The position numbers and the translations under genes are program-made. A DNA stretch of 64,000 bases from Gammaproteobacteria bacterium (GTDB taxonomy: Bacteria; Pseudomonadota; Gammaproteobacteria; Eutrophobiales; Eutrophobiaceae), in assembly GCA_963422205.2 (NCBI GenBank), contig CAXMWX010000001.1, forward strand, positions 352,001 through 416,000, written 5' to 3'. Every line of letters begins with the position of its first letter. The stretch's first letter is position 1. Below are positions 60,476-64,000 of the stretch, piece after piece. The notes below the pieces were generated by a model. That model was given only the letters and a program-made list of their open reading frames with translations, was not told where the DNA came from and made no database searches.

Positions 60476-61750
60476 TCATCTTTCGAGCCCCAGAATGTGT
60501 TCATAGAGCGACAGATAAGCCGGGATGGTCGCCTCATGGCCGACTTTTGCCACGATTGCTTCTCGCACCTTCGTGCGCTCTGGCGGGGCGGTCAGCAGCC
60601 GGTGGATGCCGCCAGCGAGTGCAGCACAATCAAACGGGGGCGCCAGCGTGCCGGTTCTGCCTTCGGCGATGAGGTCGGGCATGCCGCCGATGTCGAACGC
60701 CGCCACCGGAGTGCCGCAGGCCATCGCCTCAACCACCATGTTAGGCAGATTGTCCTGACGCGACGGGGCGATGAGGACATCGGCGGCTGAGTAGACCAGC
60801 CTCAGCATGAGCTGGTCATGCAATGTCCCCAGAAAATGGCTTGTAAAATGACTCGCCAGCCCCGGTTCATTATCGCCAGCCCTGATAGTACCCACCCTGG
60901 TACCGCCGAAGACGAGCAATTCCGCATCCTGCCCGGCACCGTGTTCGCATTCTAAGTCTTTGAGGGCGGACAGGAGGAGATCATAGCCCTTGCGTTGGTC
61001 AGTGGGGCCATCTATGGCACCGAAAAGCAAAAGTTTTTTATTAGCCGGCAGGCCGAGCAACTGACGCGCTGTGTCTTTATCAACGGGGGCGAAGGCGGCG
61101 GTATCCAGCGGGTTGGGGATGACGTTACAGGGCATCTCACCCATCAGGGCACTGTCTTTTGCACACTGTGCCAGCCAACGGCTGGGCGCAACCAGGTAAA
61201 ACCTTTTGTCATTCCAGTACCGCGCCTTGCGAGCCCAGGTGTAGCGGTCGATATCCATGCCGCGATAGGTTGGCGGCCGGTTGGCCGCCGTGTAGGGCAT
61301 CTTCCAGCGACCGGGGTGTTCCAGGTCATCGTAGTGTTCGGCGCCCATGAAGGGCCACATGTCGTGCATAGTCCAGACGATGGGTTTGTCGATTCGACCG
61401 ATCTCTTTGACCGACAGCATATTCCAACCAACCCAGTGCAGATTGACGATATCGAAATCGCTGGCATTGATCCAGCGGCCCAGACCGGAGGGGAACAGTC
61501 CGGGCGAATGAATGACCTGGTTTGTCGGCGTCCGCTGCAGCAATGTGATCAGTTTGGATGCAACGAGTTTTGTATATTGAGCGAAGCGTTGCTGCCTGGA
61601 TAGCGGCCTTAAAACCACATTTTCACCGATGTAAGGGTGCATGGCTGTGAAATGGCTGTCACTACCTCGGCAGCGCAATCCATCATGCAGTCGCAGGGCC
61701 GCCCGCCCGGCGCCGCCGTCTGTACTGACACTGACGTGTAGTATCTTCAT
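60476..61750 (-). CDS. Glycosyltransferase family 4 (WcaC-like)
   Basis: GGAGRAA.RLH, NLHW, WTMHDMW, APSRWL, RKG, DNLPN.VVEAMACGTP. Confidence 0.92.
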   Translation of the reverse strand: MKILHVSVSTDGGAGRAALRLHDGLRCRGSDSHFTAMHPYIGENVVLRPLSRQQRFAQYTKLVASKLITLLQRTPTNQVIHSPGLFPSGLGRWINASDFDIVNLHWVGWNMLSVKEIGRIDKPIVWTMHDMWPFMGAEHYDDLEHPGRWKMPYTAANRPPTYRGMDIDRYTWARKARYWNDKRFYLVAPSRWLAQCAKDSALMGEMPCNVIPNPLDTAAFAPVDKDTARQLLGLPANKKLLLFGAIDGPTDQRKGYDLLLSALKDLECEHGAGQDAELLVFGGTRVGTIRAGDNEPGLASHFTSHFLGTLHDQLMLRLVYSAADVLIAPSRQDNLPNMVVEAMACGTPVAAFDIGGMPDLIAEGRTGTLAPPFDCAALAGGIHRLLTAPPERTKVREAIVAKVGHEATIPAYLSLYEHILGLER

Positions 61751-61909
61751 GGGCTTTTATGTTACAGCATATTGCAGGATACGGACATGGAAATAAGGCA
61801 GATGTCATTTCAGGCAGAGGTTTGACATCTGCCCTGCAAAGGAATTTTTTGCAGTCCATATTGTAATGCCCAATAATAGCACCGGAGAATTTTTGGGATA
61901 GTTGAAAGC

Positions 61910-62923
61910 ATGTCTATGCAAAATGACGATGGTATCGTTCTCATGACCAGCATGGCGGCTGTGCAGTTTGAGAATCCTGAGCGCCGCCGTGAAATTCGCC
62001 GGGCGACTGAAATCAACTGTGACAACCCGGCGATAACTGAGGTGGTTATTTTTTTTGAAGGGGGGCGGCTGCCTGATGTCACCATTTTTCAGCATCCGAA
62101 AATACGTATCAAATGGGTTGATGCCCGGCCAAGGTACGGTTGCTTTTTCGATGATGCGAAGGCCAATTATCCAGGCCGGGCCGTTGCTGTCACGAGTGCG
62201 GATATCGCCTTTTTCCCTGACTCAAACATAGAACAGGCGCATGGCATTGGGGATGATGAACTCTGGTTTATTGGCAGATACGATTTCAATCCAGCCGAAC
62301 AGCGGTGGATGCTGCATAAGCATTTTCCGGCACTCAATTCAGGAGGCGGGACACCGGCAGCACCGCTTGAGGATAACATATTGCGGACTTACCCGGAGGG
62401 GACTCATCCGGCCGATTATGTCCCTGTTGCCAAAGAGGCCGTTGATTTGAACATGGGATACGCTGCCGGGGAATATCTTGGCACGGCAGACGGCTTTATC
62501 TTCAGATCTCCCCTCCCCAGCCGACTTTATACGAGACGCATAGGCATGCCCGGATGCGATCTCTATCTTATGGTGGCCGCCTATATGGCGGGCATCAGGC
62601 TGTTATTCCCATCGCTTAGCATTATCGGACGGCATTTTCACAGTGCCAGCTGGCGTCATTATCCGCCAGCCCGTGGTTTTTTTGATCGCCTGATTGAACC
62701 GGCTGAACGGCAGATTTGGTTCAGATACATGCGTGATAAAGTGCAGCTCTGTCGTTTGGATGAGCGAACATACTGTGTTCTTAAATGCCGTCTTCCGATT
62801 CGTATTCTCATCTACCTGCGTGCGCTGTTTTCAGGTCATGCGATGCCTGTTAAGGCGTTAATTTCGTCCACCCTTAAAATACGTAAACCCAAAGTTCGGG
62901 GGGGGGGGGGGGGGGGCGTCTGA
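61910..62923 (+). CDS. Hypothetical protein, possibly GT-A-like
   Basis: 337-aa ORF; TSADIAF, DGFIF, GMPGCD; ends in the G19 tract. Confidence 0.6.
   Translation: MSMQNDDGIVLMTSMAAVQFENPERRREIRRATEINCDNPAITEVVIFFEGGRLPDVTIFQHPKIRIKWVDARPRYGCFFDDAKANYPGRAVAVTSADIAFFPDSNIEQAHGIGDDELWFIGRYDFNPAEQRWMLHKHFPALNSGGGTPAAPLEDNILRTYPEGTHPADYVPVAKEAVDLNMGYAAGEYLGTADGFIFRSPLPSRLYTRRIGMPGCDLYLMVAAYMAGIRLLFPSLSIIGRHFHSASWRHYPPARGFFDRLIEPAERQIWFRYMRDKVQLCRLDERTYCVLKCRLPIRILIYLRALFSGHAMPVKALISSTLKIRKPKVRGGGGGGV
62898..62916. repeat. G19 homopolymer
   Basis: Direct count. Confidence 0.9.
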
Positions 62924-62936
62924 TTACACAGGCATG

Positions 62937-63782
62937 TCACCGTCGTTCAATCAGTCCCAGCCGGTAGATGCCGGCGAAGGCTCTGGACAGACTGGCCGTT
63001 GAGGCGAGCCTCTCGTTCGTCTTCGAACCGGCACGGCGAATGCCAATCTCAAGGATCTTTCTCGTCTTGATGATCCGAAACGGCACATTGGTCTCGAATT
63101 GCTCCAGCGAATCGAACCCCGTCTGAAAGACGACGCCCATCGCCTTCTGGACATCGCGCACAACCGCAACCGCTTGTGCATCTTCGTAAGTGCCATCAAG
63201 AACACGCTTGAGCAGATAGTCGAAGCCAACCCGGAAACGCCCAATCTGATCGCATAACCCCCCAAGGAACCCGAATACCCGGTCGCCGGGCAGATACATG
63301 GTGTTGCCTTCCCACACGAACAGCGTTTGCACATCACGGTCAAGACCAGCCTCTGACAGCCGGGCGGGCAGGTCAATCTCAAGATAGTCGCCGGCAACTG
63401 CCGGGCATACCGGGAGGCCGGCCTTGCCCAGCACATCCGCCTTGAACTCCAGAACCGCCGGTTGATCCATGTCAAAGAAACGCACACCTTCGCTCGCATG
63501 AATCGCCTGACGCATGTCAAACCCGCACCCCAAGGTGACGATCTGGCGTACACCGCGTGCAATCTCATCTTCCACTGTCCTGTTCAAGGCCATCGTGCGT
63601 AGCCGAATGGCATCTCCGACGGCGACATGCACATCAAGCAGCTTCTGTGCGCGCACCAGCCATTCATCGTTCACAAACAGAGAGGCATAGGGGTCGGAAA
63701 ACAACGGCGTGTCCCGGCCCTCTTCAAGCGCCCTGACCCCGGCGATGAGGAAGGCCGTTGCCCCAATTTCGTTGATGGTCAT
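62937..63782 (-). CDS. SAM-dependent methyltransferase (LCM family)
   Basis: TAF.IA.VRALE, LFSDPYA, QIVTLGCGFDMR, FDMDQP.VLEFK, WEGNTMYL. Confidence 0.88.
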   Translation of the reverse strand: MTINEIGATAFLIAGVRALEEGRDTPLFSDPYASLFVNDEWLVRAQKLLDVHVAVGDAIRLRTMALNRTVEDEIARGVRQIVTLGCGFDMRQAIHASEGVRFFDMDQPAVLEFKADVLGKAGLPVCPAVAGDYLEIDLPARLSEAGLDRDVQTLFVWEGNTMYLPGDRVFGFLGGLCDQIGRFRVGFDYLLKRVLDGTYEDAQAVAVVRDVQKAMGVVFQTGFDSLEQFETNVPFRIIKTRKILEIGIRRAGSKTNERLASTASLSRAFAGIYRLGLIERR

Positions 63783-64000
63783 GCTCGAAAACCCATATCA
63801 ATCATCCGCCGGATTGTTGATTGCAGCGCCGCCTTTGTTCGCCATGTACAGCATTGCCTTCATGGCCTGGCCCCGCCTGGTCGGTGGCAGCAGCGAGCGG
63901 TACGATGATTTTCCATTCGGCCGTTCCCAGTATAAAGACCGGTGAGTCACACGCCCTCAATAGCGCTCAACGGGCTTTCGTTCAACGATTTCTCTGGCAG

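Noticed and set aside
63819-64000. Short minus-strand ORF and possible gene end at the window edge
   Set aside because: Too short and truncated to support a call.

Overview
Chromosomal segment of a Gammaproteobacterium, judged from the thrS-infC-rpmI-rplT-pheST-ihfA-merR-tRNA-Pro gene order and from uvrB, glmS and tolC. It has four parts. (1) 43-13061: an intact 12-gene Tad/Flp pilus locus with unusual parts. CpaB/RcpC carries about 340 aa of tandem repeats, a small secreted protein copies the CpaB C-terminal motif, the CpaF/TadA ATPase is fused to a degenerate FHA domain, and DUF192 is present. A decayed 5' fragment of mutS and tRNA-Ala/tRNA-Glu follow. (2) 13.8-34 kb: a mosaic surface-glycan locus with ugd, an elongated wzz, an epimerase, an ABC flippase, several glycosyltransferases, two O-antigen ligase/polymerase-like genes, a sulfotransferase and galU. 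It contains pseudogenes and an opposite-strand cassette bracketed by a partial galU duplicate. (3) 34-59 kb: housekeeping genes, three more tRNAs, an Hpt plus hybrid kinase pair, tolC, pcm, and a glnE split into two coupled ORFs. (4) 59-64 kb: a second glycosyl/methyltransferase patch with G18 and G19 tracts. I saw no CRISPR array, integrase, transposase or rRNA. All calls rest on motifs recognised by eye; no searches were run.
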